Below, in pieces: positions 29,667 through 39,040 of a stretch of DNA of 64,000 nucleotides. Every line of letters begins with the position of its first letter. Positions within the stretch are counted from its first letter, which is position 1. This DNA comes from a virus. Lineage: Duplodnaviria > Caudoviricetes. The stretch is from the IMG/VR virus record IMGVR_UViG_3300033067_000181, positions 8,917-72,916 of that record. One strand, 5' to 3'. The translations under genes and the position numbers were made by a program. The notes beneath the pieces were generated by a model. It searched no databases and was not told the DNA's origin. It saw only the letters and a list, made by a program, of their open reading frames with translations.

Positions 29667-30398
29667 ATGGCTATTAACACATTTTACAGATCCACCTACA
29701 CTAGTGAAGAAGCAATATCCGGGCTAGTGTATCAACACAGTGAGTGGATTGAACATAGAACACGACTAAATCTAACAGATAATAGTTGGCCTTCTTACGG
29801 TAAGTGTGCAGTAGTTTTCGGAAACGGAATCAGCAGAAAAAAGTTTAATCCTTCTTTGTTAGTTAATAGACCTCTCAATGCTATACCACAAAAGGTTTTA
29901 AGAACTTACGGATGCAACTCAATTTATAAAGATTTCATTCCAGATTTTTTAGTAGCAACTAACAAAGATGTACTCTCAGACATCGAAGAGAATGGGATAT
30001 TTTATAGAACACGTTTGTTTGTATCTAGATTCTTAAACCATTGGAATCATAATAGATACTACAACGTTCCGCAGGATCCGCCATTTAATGCTGGCGCTAT
30101 TGCTGCATACCTAGCAGCATTTGATGAACACAAAAAAGTATTCTTGTTAGGGTTTGACGGCATTGACGACCCTAACGCCAGCTACAATCTGTATGACGGT
30201 GTACCGGGTTACCCTGATGCTCCCTACTCTGAAGAGTATTGGGTACGATCAATGATGGAAGTATTTACAGCATATCCTGATGTTGACTTTGTGAGAGTTA
30301 TGCCAGAAGCAGGGGCTCGCATTCCTGAAACATGGAAGTATGCAGCAAACTTTAGACAGATTAACTATAACCAATTTGTTATAGAAGCTGATTTATAA
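29667..30398 (+). CDS. Hypothetical protein, MAF/MptE-like (GNG.S motif)
   Basis: AVVFGNGISR, YGCN..Y.DF.PDFLV and VFLLGFD motifs; own TAAATA at 29655-29660. Confidence 0.45.
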   Translation: MAINTFYRSTYTSEEAISGLVYQHSEWIEHRTRLNLTDNSWPSYGKCAVVFGNGISRKKFNPSLLVNRPLNAIPQKVLRTYGCNSIYKDFIPDFLVATNKDVLSDIEENGIFYRTRLFVSRFLNHWNHNRYYNVPQDPPFNAGAIAAYLAAFDEHKKVFLLGFDGIDDPNASYNLYDGVPGYPDAPYSEEYWVRSMMEVFTAYPDVDFVRVMPEAGARIPETWKYAANFRQINYNQFVIEADL

Positions 30399-30815
30399 AA
30401 TACCTTCTAACGTTTTAATCTTCTCTAGTACACTAGCAAAGTTAAAAGTTCTCCATACACCCGGATGCAATGGCTTCGGGTGATCTTCTATGTGCGTCCA
30501 AGCATAGCCGCGATGCTCGTGATTTAGAGTTGGCACAAACTCATTGGGCACAGGTATAATGTAAGTGTGATATTCAAAGTGTGAGTTGTCACTAGTAAAG
30601 TGCTCTAGCGGAATTACTTTACTGTAAGTAACAGCGCCAATCTCCTCACGTATCTCTCTAGTCAGCCCTTGCATAGCTGTTTCGTTTGCTTCAACTTTAC
30701 CGCCAACAAGCCCCCAATGGCCATTGTGCTTATTGCCATTACGCAGCAAGAACAAGTATCTTTTGGTTTGTTGACTATAAAATAGTACGCCTACGCCTAC
30801 AGTATGATTGACCAT
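30393..30815 (-). CDS. Nudix hydrolase
   Basis: Nudix box GGKVEANETAMQGLTREIREEIG. Confidence 0.9.
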   Translation of the reverse strand: MVNHTVGVGVLFYSQQTKRYLFLLRNGNKHNGHWGLVGGKVEANETAMQGLTREIREEIGAVTYSKVIPLEHFTSDNSHFEYHTYIIPVPNEFVPTLNHEHRGYAWTHIEDHPKPLHPGVWRTFNFASVLEKIKTLEGIL

Positions 30816-32164
30816 TCGCCTTCTCGATATACACCCTCAACTGACTTGGTCCACGCACCATTGGCCCATTTGTATTGGATGGTGGTGTTTAAGTTAGTTA
30901 CGTATTCTAACTGAGAATGGCTAGCACTGTCAAGTACAACAGACCATGAAGATCCATTATATTCAATGATGTCATTTGCGTTAGCTGACAACCCGCCCCA
31001 CACTCCAACATCTGCACCAACGTCATCTAAGATAAGGTAACGTGTGCCGCTAGCGGGAGTAGTAATGCCGCTATCAACTGCCACAGACTGGGGGTTGATG
31101 ATAGCATTAATTGGGGACAATGTATTTGCTGGTAATGTGTCTGAGTCCACAGTAAACAACATTACAGTAGGATCCGATGGATGGAATGCCACGGTACCAA
31201 CTATCTCAGTACGTGTAGTATTGCCGGTGGTTTCGTCGTACTCGGCGCCAAGCTCAAGTCTAATTTGGCTAGTACCGTCACGTAAATGACCGTACACATC
31301 AATTAGACTGTGCCAGTCGTCGGCAGTGCCAATCTTCTCACCATCGGCATAAATCTCAGATGCTTTAATAAGTTTTAAGGTGTTGCCAACATAGATTACA
31401 CCGTAGCCCATTGGCGTTAGCATCTTACGTGCAAGTAGATTGCTTTCCAATAATGAGTCTTCATTGATGTTACCATTTGCATCAAAAATACTTGTAACAA
31501 CTTTCTGAATAACTCCGAGCTGTTTAACTTTAGCAGGGGCACTAATCCAAATTGGAATCTCAAAAGTCATTGTACAAATATCAATTGGTTCCTCGCCACC
31601 TTGTGGTACGCTTCGGCTAGTCCAGTTAATGTCAGTTCTAGTTACAATAGTTAAACTAGTCCAGTCGATGTAGTTGTCAGTGCTTTGAATTTCCATGCTA
31701 GGATTAAACAACACACCTAGTTGCTCAATGAGCTGTAGCTTTTGTTCAGTGTTGCTGGTCCAAATGTCTAACTTAAGAGTTAGCTTGTATGGCACCGGCA
31801 TCAAACGCTCAACGGTATATGCAGTGTCCTGAGTAGTACCGTATTCTCCGGTGTCCGGATCGTAACTGCGTTGACGTAGATTTAGTTTGCTTACGTGATA
31901 GGGTTCTTGCATACGACTTTGGTCGTACGACAAACCACTAATGTAAACAGCCATAGCAGGTACAGCATTTAAAGTACTCTCACTATTACCACGCAAGATA
32001 GTTGCAGCTTGTCTGCTTGCATCACCGTAGTACACAGGAACACGTTGCAATGTTACGTTGCCATTGCGGTCCTTGCCGAACTCCACTTGGAAGTTGCTCA
32101 TCATTCTGATGAACTGTGTTAGAAATCGACGGATTTGACCATCGTAAAAGAAGGCTTGTGCCAT
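30797..32164 (-). CDS. gp15: Tail sheath stabiliser/terminator (T4 gp15-like)
   Basis: FFYDGQIRRFL.QF...VPVYYGD...EQKLQLIEQLGVLFNP resembles gp15; extended C-terminus. Confidence 0.7.
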   Translation of the reverse strand: MAQAFFYDGQIRRFLTQFIRMMSNFQVEFGKDRNGNVTLQRVPVYYGDASRQAATILRGNSESTLNAVPAMAVYISGLSYDQSRMQEPYHVSKLNLRQRSYDPDTGEYGTTQDTAYTVERLMPVPYKLTLKLDIWTSNTEQKLQLIEQLGVLFNPSMEIQSTDNYIDWTSLTIVTRTDINWTSRSVPQGGEEPIDICTMTFEIPIWISAPAKVKQLGVIQKVVTSIFDANGNINEDSLLESNLLARKMLTPMGYGVIYVGNTLKLIKASEIYADGEKIGTADDWHSLIDVYGHLRDGTSQIRLELGAEYDETTGNTTRTEIVGTVAFHPSDPTVMLFTVDSDTLPANTLSPINAIINPQSVAVDSGITTPASGTRYLILDDVGADVGVWGGLSANANDIIEYNGSSWSVVLDSASHSQLEYVTNLNTTIQYKWANGAWTKSVEGVYREGEWSIIL

Positions 32165-32688
32165 TAAATGGTCCCTTTTAATTTTTTACGATCGGCAATT
32201 TCTTGCATTCGTATTTTGTGTGCAGCTTTTGCGTCCTCAGACCATTTAGTTGATGGCTTTCCTTTTTTAGGATGTGGGGCGCTAAATTTGTATCCGCTCT
32301 TTTTATTAATAGTTTCAGTCCCGCCATTCTCTTCTCGACGTTTGGCATGCCTCTCTAGTTGAGCAACACGCATACGCTCAATGCTTTCTGGGCTATGTCT
32401 TTTATTTCCGCCAGCTTTGCGTATGTTGTACCCATTGTTAATTGAATCAAACTCATTAACATATTGTTCTTCTAATAGATTTAATTCATCTAATGTTGTT
32501 GCAGTAGCAATAACATCAAATGTAAAACTATCAATTCCGTATTTGCGTAGGGCATTATGGAAATGATATTCCTTAGTGGAATATTTTGAATGACTTAAAT
32601 GCTCAGCTCTGCGTTGCAGAGGATCTTGGATAGTCTGCCCAATGTATGATTTACCATTTTCGGTATGAGTAAATTTGTAGATGTACAT
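32164..32688 (-). mobile_element. Free-standing GIY-YIG (Seg-like) homing endonuclease
   Basis: YIYKF...GKSYIGQT, LRKYG..SF.F.VI, E..Y...NGYN and NUMOD3-like HSPESIERM; 1-nt overlaps with both neighbours. Confidence 0.85.
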
Positions 32689-33788
32689 TAGTTATCCGCC
32701 GTTGGTCTTAGGATCTTGCTTAGACCTTGTAATGTAGTATGTGTGCCGCCACTGTTGTCAGTGTAAGTGCTAGTATCGTTAACAAAGCTGCTACGCAATG
32801 TTTGGTTATCTGTTGCACCATTTGTTAAGTTAGTGCGTACAGCATCTTCAATCTTAATCCAACGCTTGCCATCAAAACGGAACAAGCGATTTGGTACATA
32901 GTCAACCCGTAAGAAGTACTCGCCGTTGTCTGGGTGCGAAGGAAAGTTAATGCCTGTTGCAACCGGAATACTGTTTGGTCCTTTACCATCACCAGTTAAG
33001 TAACCGTGTACTTTGTCCTCTGGGGTAGTTTCAGTACCGTCTGGAAGTGTGCTGCTCTTAATGTATAGGCCGCTAGTATCGTAACCACTTTGTGGTACTG
33101 CCACTTCGGCTTGTGCAATGATAGCGTCATTGATGTTTTGGTACTTGCTGATAGTGCTTAACACATCTGCAATGCTTGAATTGGTATTGTTACCTGCTTT
33201 GATAGTATTCAAAATGTCTTTGTACTCTTGGCTATCAGTTAGAGGGTTTAACTTAACACGCCACAAGTGTGGGAACCATGTTGGGGTAAAGCCTTCGCTG
33301 GCAAACTGTGCATCACTACAAACAAAGAAGCGTTTTAATGCAACAGGAAGTTCAACGTCTAATGGGTTATAGTCGATCAAGTGTTGTAGCTCAAGTACAT
33401 CACCGTTAATAATCTTACGGCCAATAGTGTCAATCATGTCGTTAATGTGAAACGTCATGAACAGTGTGCCGGTTTGTAGGAACAATCCAAATTGACTTAG
33501 GTCAAAAGTGTTGTCGCTTACTTGGTAAATGCCACGCATTGTGTAAACATCACTATCGTACTTGCGATCACGGTTTTCCAAGAACAATAAGTCCTGGATA
33601 TTCATTTCACTTTGGTTTGTGTAAACAGGTTTTGTAGCGTCATTGCTTTCTGTTTGCTCAACTGGGCCCAAGTATTTGTGCAGCAGAATCCCGGTCCCGC
33701 CAATGGTATACATTTCGGATATACGTCTATCCAAAAATTTGTAATCGTTGCTGTGTCTGCCGTCTTTCCAAAGACTTAATCTAGCCAT
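32688..33788 (-). CDS. gp14: Neck protein (gp14-like)
   Basis: LFLENRDRKYD..VY.MRGIY and DLSQFGL motifs; upstream of gp15-like gene. Confidence 0.6.
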   Translation of the reverse strand: MARLSLWKDGRHSNDYKFLDRRISEMYTIGGTGILLHKYLGPVEQTESNDATKPVYTNQSEMNIQDLLFLENRDRKYDSDVYTMRGIYQVSDNTFDLSQFGLFLQTGTLFMTFHINDMIDTIGRKIINGDVLELQHLIDYNPLDVELPVALKRFFVCSDAQFASEGFTPTWFPHLWRVKLNPLTDSQEYKDILNTIKAGNNTNSSIADVLSTISKYQNINDAIIAQAEVAVPQSGYDTSGLYIKSSTLPDGTETTPEDKVHGYLTGDGKGPNSIPVATGINFPSHPDNGEYFLRVDYVPNRLFRFDGKRWIKIEDAVRTNLTNGATDNQTLRSSFVNDTSTYTDNSGGTHTTLQGLSKILRPTADN

Positions 33789-33806
33789 GTGTAGTCCCTA
33801 ATGCAG

Positions 33807-33812
33807 TATTTA
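33807..33812 (-). promoter_or_regulatory. Late box TAAATA driving gp14-gp15 operon
   Basis: tattta on + strand, 18 nt from ATG, with AGGGA SD. Confidence 0.65.
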
Positions 33813-33816
33813 TGGT

Positions 33817-33845
33817 TTGACGTTTAATCCGTTTTTATGTACAAT
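33817..33845 (+). promoter_or_regulatory. Sigma70-like early promoter
   Basis: TTGACG-N17-TACAAT. Confidence 0.75.
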
Positions 33846-33851
33846 GCAGGA

Positions 33852-34118
33852 ATGCCACTTACACACTTTCAAAACAAAGTAAAATATGAGCGTTGCTTTG
33901 CAGAATTGCAGCAGCTAACGGACATACGTACTAAAAGCACCATGTGGAAGTTCTACAATTCAATGCGTAAGTATTGGACTGAGATGGACAATGAGATGAT
34001 TGAGTGTAGAAAACGTAGCAGAAAAACAACAAAATACCTTGAACTTGAGCAAAAGTTTAACGAAAGTATTACAGTTTTTGATCAACACATGATTATTGCA
34101 TGTTTGATGTACGTGTAG
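33852..34118 (+). CDS. Hypothetical protein (start reassigned to MPLTHF)
   Basis: ATG lies 6 nt after the -10 box; the track's upstream ATG overlaps the promoter. Confidence 0.6.
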   Translation: MPLTHFQNKVKYERCFAELQQLTDIRTKSTMWKFYNSMRKYWTEMDNEMIECRKRSRKTTKYLELEQKFNESITVFDQHMIIACLMYV

Positions 34119-34143
34119 CCCAAAAAGGTGCTACAATAAACAC

Positions 34144-34596
34144 ATGAACACACAAGTACACTTCCGCAGCAAGACTAAACGTGAATTTATTGAGCAAGCT
34201 GTTGCAATTCTTGCACACGAGCTAAAGCTGGATAAACGAGACTTTGATCTTGATATTTGCGTTCGCAAAGGCTTGTCTAAAAAGGGCGGGTACGATGGCG
34301 CTGTGCAAAAACACGAAGCCGGCGGTTATGTGATGTTCATTGATTCTGCTCTTAAAGCAGACAAAATGATTCAGGTACTTGCACACGAAATGGTGCATTT
34401 AAAACAGTTTGTGTTGGGCCAACTACGTATTGATGTTGATGAATACGGGTTTGCTACTTACTACTGGATGGGCAAGCAAAACACTGACAAGTATTTTGAT
34501 CGCCCTTGGGAAATTGACGCTTGGGCAAAAGAACGCTTGCTGTCAATTGCAGTTGAGCGTAAACTCTGGGGCAACCCAGCTTTTGAACAGGCATAA
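34144..34596 (+). CDS. Putative zinc metallopeptidase (HExxH)
   Basis: LAHEMVHLKQ and downstream PWEIDA; extended -10 TGcTACAAT at 34129-34137. Confidence 0.6.
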   Translation: MNTQVHFRSKTKREFIEQAVAILAHELKLDKRDFDLDICVRKGLSKKGGYDGAVQKHEAGGYVMFIDSALKADKMIQVLAHEMVHLKQFVLGQLRIDVDEYGFATYYWMGKQNTDKYFDRPWEIDAWAKERLLSIAVERKLWGNPAFEQA

Positions 34597-34598
34597 AG

Positions 34599-34826
34599 AT
34601 GCATAAGATATATTGGACAGATAAAACAGGACGTGAGCACAGCTTATTTCGCACAGAGTTAGGAGAAGCATTAAACGTGGCTAAAGATGCCCGTGATGCA
34701 GGTGGATCCTTTGTTGTTATTGCAACAGAGAACCCTAACCAAGTTGGCAAAATGGGTGTAGACGACATTAAGGAAGGCGTACTGCCAGACGGTACTACTT
34801 ACGATTGGAAGAAGCGCCGCATCTAA
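34599..34826 (+). CDS. Hypothetical protein
   Basis: 75-aa ORF tightly packed in the early island. Confidence 0.6.
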   Translation: MHKIYWTDKTGREHSLFRTELGEALNVAKDARDAGGSFVVIATENPNQVGKMGVDDIKEGVLPDGTTYDWKKRRI

Positions 34827-35209
34827 TGGAGCACAAACAAGTCATTGTAATGCGTAAGGATCTAAATATGCGTAAGGGCAAACTAGTTGCCCAAGGCGCA
34901 CATGCATCTATGGGTGCAATTTTAGGACAAATGAGCAGAAACGGTGATACCCTAGTGCTTGATCTAAATGACAAGCGTTTAGAGCCGTGGGTAACTGGAA
35001 GATTTAAGAAGATTTGTGTTTATGTAAATAGTGAACAAGAATTAATAGATGTGTATAATGCAGCAAAAGCAGCAGGACTCATCTGTTCACTCATTGAGGA
35101 TGCAGGACTCACAGAGTTTAATGGTGTAAAGACCTTAACCGCTGTAGGAGTTGGTCCAGACCGTGAAGATAAAATTAACGCGGTGACTGGACATCTACCA
35201 CTTTACTAA
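34826..35209 (+). CDS. pth2: Peptidyl-tRNA hydrolase, Pth2 family (start reassigned to MEHKQ)
   Basis: KQVIVMRKDLNMRKGKLVAQGAHA, KKIC, IEDAGLTEF and TAVGVGP; TAATG coupling. Confidence 0.9.
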   Translation: MEHKQVIVMRKDLNMRKGKLVAQGAHASMGAILGQMSRNGDTLVLDLNDKRLEPWVTGRFKKICVYVNSEQELIDVYNAAKAAGLICSLIEDAGLTEFNGVKTLTAVGVGPDREDKINAVTGHLPLY

Positions 35210-35217
35210 GGAATAGT

Positions 35218-36390
35218 ATGGCTACCGTAGCCGGTATTAAGATTAAAACTAAAGCACCCCGTGAAAAGCGGGTTGCCTTCGCTGACGAAAAGTATACAGG
35301 CGGCGAACCAGAATGGAATACAGAAGAAGCTCTAAAGTTTGATGACGCAACCTTTGATCATCACCTACGCCGCAGCTTCTACTACTACAATTACCATTAC
35401 AGTCAAAAGGATTGTAAGAAGCATGTGGTAGCTTGGGTGCAAAAGCCTGAGAACGAGTTTACTAAAGACGAGCTAAAAGCGTTTATTCGCAGTAGCGACC
35501 GTTCGTTGAGCATGACTGCATGCAGTCTAGTAATGGCACACAAGCAGGGCATGCCACTTAAAGAGCGTCACATTGGCTTTTTGAAGGAAGCTATCCGCGA
35601 AGCTATTAGCACAGCAGAGCCAGAAGTAGAAGTGGTAGCAGAATCTGATGCTCCTAAAGCATACGTGCCCACTATTCAGGACCGTCTAAACGAAAAAACA
35701 AGCGAACTTCTAGGCGAACTAGAAGGCATGTTTGATGACGTAGTTGCAAACAAAGCAGAAAAGTTCAAGCCATACGATTGGCTAACTGCAAACAACGTGG
35801 TACAAAGCCAGCTGGGGAAATATGAAGGACTATTCAGCAAGCGTAAAGACGAACTACTACTCGCACAGTCTAAGAAAGACGAGCAGGTACGAGAAGGCTA
35901 CAGCTATCTTAAAACTGCTGACTTCAAACGAATTGTTTCCTGGATCGACGAGCTACTATCAGCGGTTGACCAATACCGAGGAGTTAAAAAGGCTACGAAA
36001 AAAGCTAGAGTCAAGAAGGCTCCTAGCAAAGAAAAGTTGGTTGCAAAGCTCAAGTACGCAAAAACTGACCCAGGACTTAAAATCGTCTCAATCAATCCTG
36101 CAGACATTATTGGCTCAAGTGAACTCTGGGTGTATAACACTAAGACGCGAAAACTTGGAAAGTATGTGGCAGCAAGCTACCAGACACTTTCAATCAAAGG
36201 GACGAGCATTGCGGGGTTCGACACAGACAAGTCCATTAGTAAAACTCTACGAAAGCCGGACGAAAAGCTCAAGGAGTTTGCAAAAGCCGGAAAGATACAG
36301 CTTCGCAAATTTATTGAAGACATTAAAGCAACGGAAACTAAACTAAATGGTCGGATCAGTGAAGACGTTGTCCTACTTAGAACCGCCTAA
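35218..36390 (+). CDS. Conserved-looking hypothetical protein of large T4-like phages
   Basis: 390 aa, basic C-terminal domain, AAGGA SD; function not recognised. Confidence 0.7.
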   Translation: MATVAGIKIKTKAPREKRVAFADEKYTGGEPEWNTEEALKFDDATFDHHLRRSFYYYNYHYSQKDCKKHVVAWVQKPENEFTKDELKAFIRSSDRSLSMTACSLVMAHKQGMPLKERHIGFLKEAIREAISTAEPEVEVVAESDAPKAYVPTIQDRLNEKTSELLGELEGMFDDVVANKAEKFKPYDWLTANNVVQSQLGKYEGLFSKRKDELLLAQSKKDEQVREGYSYLKTADFKRIVSWIDELLSAVDQYRGVKKATKKARVKKAPSKEKLVAKLKYAKTDPGLKIVSINPADIIGSSELWVYNTKTRKLGKYVAASYQTLSIKGTSIAGFDTDKSISKTLRKPDEKLKEFAKAGKIQLRKFIEDIKATETKLNGRISEDVVLLRTA

Positions 36391-36613
36391 TACTAAGCCC
36401 GAGTTCACGTCACGCTTGGAACGCGAGTGCGAGTGGATAGCCAACAAGATTAACCAAATCACGTTGACTAAACTGCCCAAACGTCCCGGCGCTGTAGCAG
36501 AGATTCGGGACTTAGAACGGCAGCTACGGCATCGTGAGCTTGAGCTAGCATACAAAGGCCCCGAGTGGGCCAAGTATGAGAAGTACGGTATTTGGGAAAG
36601 CCTAAGTAGATAA
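36347..36613 (+). CDS. Small hypothetical protein (true start uncertain)
   Basis: Fills gap before gp13; 44-nt overlap with upstream gene. Confidence 0.45.
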   Translation: MVGSVKTLSYLEPPNTKPEFTSRLERECEWIANKINQITLTKLPKRPGAVAEIRDLERQLRHRELELAYKGPEWAKYEKYGIWESLSR

Positions 36614-36650
36614 GTCCTGACAGTAATAAATACTGTAACAGGACTTTTCT

Positions 36651-37547
36651 ATGGCCACACAAGATACCAGCATCTATGATGACAAAGGCAATTTAATTAC
36701 AGACACGCTGTTCCAAGCAAATACAGGAACAGGATCTGGGCATATTGCATATAACTCCAACGAATACGATAGCGCCAACGCTAAACGTGCGGAAATTACA
36801 GACTACATTCGTATGCGTTTAGCAGACGGCATTGTAGACGTTGAACTAGACAAAGAGCACTACGAAATGGCGATTAACCAAGCGTTAATCAAGTACCGCC
36901 AACGTAGCAGCAACGCAGTAGAAGAATCGTATGCGTTCTTAAAGCTATTGCCCGAAACACAAGAGTACATTCTTCCCAAGGAAATCATTGAAGTACGCCA
37001 AGTTAACCGTCGTGGTATTGGTAGCGTAAGCGGTACAACTGCCAGCCAGTTTGAACCATTTGCTTCTGGTTACCTAAACACATACATGCTGGTAGCAGGC
37101 CGTGTCGGTGGACTTGTAAACTACGAGTTATTTACACAGTACCAAGAGCTAGCAATGAAGATGTTTGGTGGCTTTATGAACTTCTCGTGGAACCGCACAA
37201 CTCGCAAGCTAACAATTATGCGTAAAATGCCATTCCAGGGCGAAGGTGACACTAACTTTGATGCAGCAGAATCATGCTTGCTATGGTGCTACAACTATAA
37301 GCCAGATTGGATGCTGTTTAACGACCATATGGTATTTCCTTGGTTACAAGAGTACGCATACAGCTTTGCTAAACGTATCCTAGGTGAAGGCCGTAGCAAG
37401 TTTGCAAGTATTGCTGGCCCACAAGGTGGCACAACTCTAAACGGTGCTGCATTGCTTGCAGACGCTAAAGAGGAACTAGCAGCTTTAGAAGAGGAATTAA
37501 AACGATTCCAGGACGGCGGCATGCCAATGACATGGATTACTGGCTAA
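36651..37547 (+). CDS. gp13: Neck protein (T4 gp13-like)
   Basis: YIRMRLADGIVDVELD..HYEMAINQAL and C-terminal PQGG.TLNG..L...AKEE. Confidence 0.85.
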   Translation: MATQDTSIYDDKGNLITDTLFQANTGTGSGHIAYNSNEYDSANAKRAEITDYIRMRLADGIVDVELDKEHYEMAINQALIKYRQRSSNAVEESYAFLKLLPETQEYILPKEIIEVRQVNRRGIGSVSGTTASQFEPFASGYLNTYMLVAGRVGGLVNYELFTQYQELAMKMFGGFMNFSWNRTTRKLTIMRKMPFQGEGDTNFDAAESCLLWCYNYKPDWMLFNDHMVFPWLQEYAYSFAKRILGEGRSKFASIAGPQGGTTLNGAALLADAKEELAALEEELKRFQDGGMPMTWITG

Positions 37548-38377
37548 TGAGAGCAACTGAGTTTATCACAGAAGCACCGTTAACTGATTACGTGCCGCTC
37601 GGGGACTTTAACAAGCCCGGTCCGTTTAGAAGCAAAGTTGATAAAAAGCTAGTTACACATCCAACGGCTCAGTTAAAGACTGCAAAGTTCTTTGAACAAA
37701 CACCTTACGACTTCCGCTTGTTCTTCTCTAACATTCCTGGCACTGCAAAAAGCACAGAACTCGGCGCAGTAGATGAGGCAACGGTGCGTAGTATATTTGG
37801 TGCTGCTGCGGATCAAATCCTAGAAGGGCACGAGGATGCTATTACTGTGGTATTCTTGGGCAACTATGGCGATCAAAGAGTTATGATGACTCCGTGGATC
37901 ATGGCACACAGAATTGGGCATGCTATCCAGGCTACTGGAAGACGCAAGGGCATGGATCAATGGCGCACAGTTGAGCAACACTTCTTTAAAGCTATTAACC
38001 AAAAGCTAGCAGAAGTATACGGTAAACCAATCGCACGTGATATGCACAGTTATTATCTTGACTATCGTAGATCCAGTGAATACAATGCATTGTTTAATGC
38101 CATTGGTACACAGCGTAGCAGTCGTGAAGGTCAGATTAACCGTCCATACGAGTTTATGTACGAGATGTTTGCACAGTACATTCAAACAGGCACAGTTACA
38201 CTAAACCCATTCCCGGCACAACTAGGATATGGCAGATACGTATTTGGCAATCAGTCACAAATGAAAGCTCGCGGTGATGACGACTTGAAGCAAGCTGCCG
38301 AAACATTGGGCTACGATATGCAACTGTTATTCGGTGATGTTCTGAGTATGTGCAACGGACAAATCTTCCTAATGTAA
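37547..38377 (+). CDS. Hypothetical protein with capsid-targeting-like N-terminus (MRATEFITE)
   Basis: TAATG coupling to gp13; internal MAHRIGHA motif. Confidence 0.6.
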   Translation: MRATEFITEAPLTDYVPLGDFNKPGPFRSKVDKKLVTHPTAQLKTAKFFEQTPYDFRLFFSNIPGTAKSTELGAVDEATVRSIFGAAADQILEGHEDAITVVFLGNYGDQRVMMTPWIMAHRIGHAIQATGRRKGMDQWRTVEQHFFKAINQKLAEVYGKPIARDMHSYYLDYRRSSEYNALFNAIGTQRSSREGQINRPYEFMYEMFAQYIQTGTVTLNPFPAQLGYGRYVFGNQSQMKARGDDDLKQAAETLGYDMQLLFGDVLSMCNGQIFLM

Positions 38378-38405
38378 TTGACTTTGTTACAGCAATATGT
38401 AAAAA
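38378..38405 (+). promoter_or_regulatory. Sigma70-like promoter for dNMP kinase
   Basis: TTGACT-N16-TAAAAT. Confidence 0.55.
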
Positions 38406-38428
38406 TGCTCCTTATTGGGGCATTTTTT
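38401..38428 (+). terminator. Terminator-like hairpin
   Basis: aaaatgctcc-ttatt-ggggcatttt-tt. Confidence 0.65.
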
Positions 38429-39040
38429 ATGATTATAGGGATTACAGGTTTAATAGGATCGGGCAAAGATACAGCAGCAGACTACTTGGTTAACTTTCAT
38501 GGGTTCAAGCGTGAGTCATTTGCAGCAACGCTAAAGGATGCTGTTGCCCAAGTGTTTGGGTGGGATCGAGACATGCTAGAAGGCCGCACAGATCAAAGTA
38601 GACTGTGGCGCGAAGAAACGGACTTGTGGTGGTCACAGCGTTTAGGCATGCACATTACACCACGTTGGGTACTGCAAAACTGGGGCACAAACGTTCTAAG
38701 GGCACACTTCCATGACGACATTTGGATTGCTAGCTTAGAAAACAAACTGCGTAATAGCAAAGACAACATCGTTATCACAGATTGCCGTTTCCCTAACGAG
38801 ATTACTGGACTTAAAGCACAAGGTGCCAGGATGCTTTGGGTTCAGCGTGGTATTATTCCACATTGGTATGCTATTGCAGAGCAAGCTAACAGAGGCGACA
38901 CTAAAGCACAAGAATGGTTATCTAACGAAGGTATCCATGCTAGTGAGTACAGTTGGGCAGGAACACAGTTCGATTCGGTGATTGATAACAATGGTACCAT
39001 TGATCACTTGTATAAGCAACTTAAAGATCAGGTTGCTTAA
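38429..39040 (+). CDS. gp1: Deoxynucleoside monophosphate kinase (T4 gp1-like; start reassigned)
   Basis: MIIGITGLIGSGKDT P-loop, TPRWVLQNWGT and VITDCRFPNE. Confidence 0.9.
   Translation: MIIGITGLIGSGKDTAADYLVNFHGFKRESFAATLKDAVAQVFGWDRDMLEGRTDQSRLWREETDLWWSQRLGMHITPRWVLQNWGTNVLRAHFHDDIWIASLENKLRNSKDNIVITDCRFPNEITGLKAQGARMLWVQRGIIPHWYAIAEQANRGDTKAQEWLSNEGIHASEYSWAGTQFDSVIDNNGTIDHLYKQLKDQVA

Noticed and set aside
35822-36346. 174-aa same-strand alternative-frame ORF inside 35218-36390, abutting 36347 in frame
   Set aside because: No SD, slippery site or recognisable motif; explained by codon bias of the host gene
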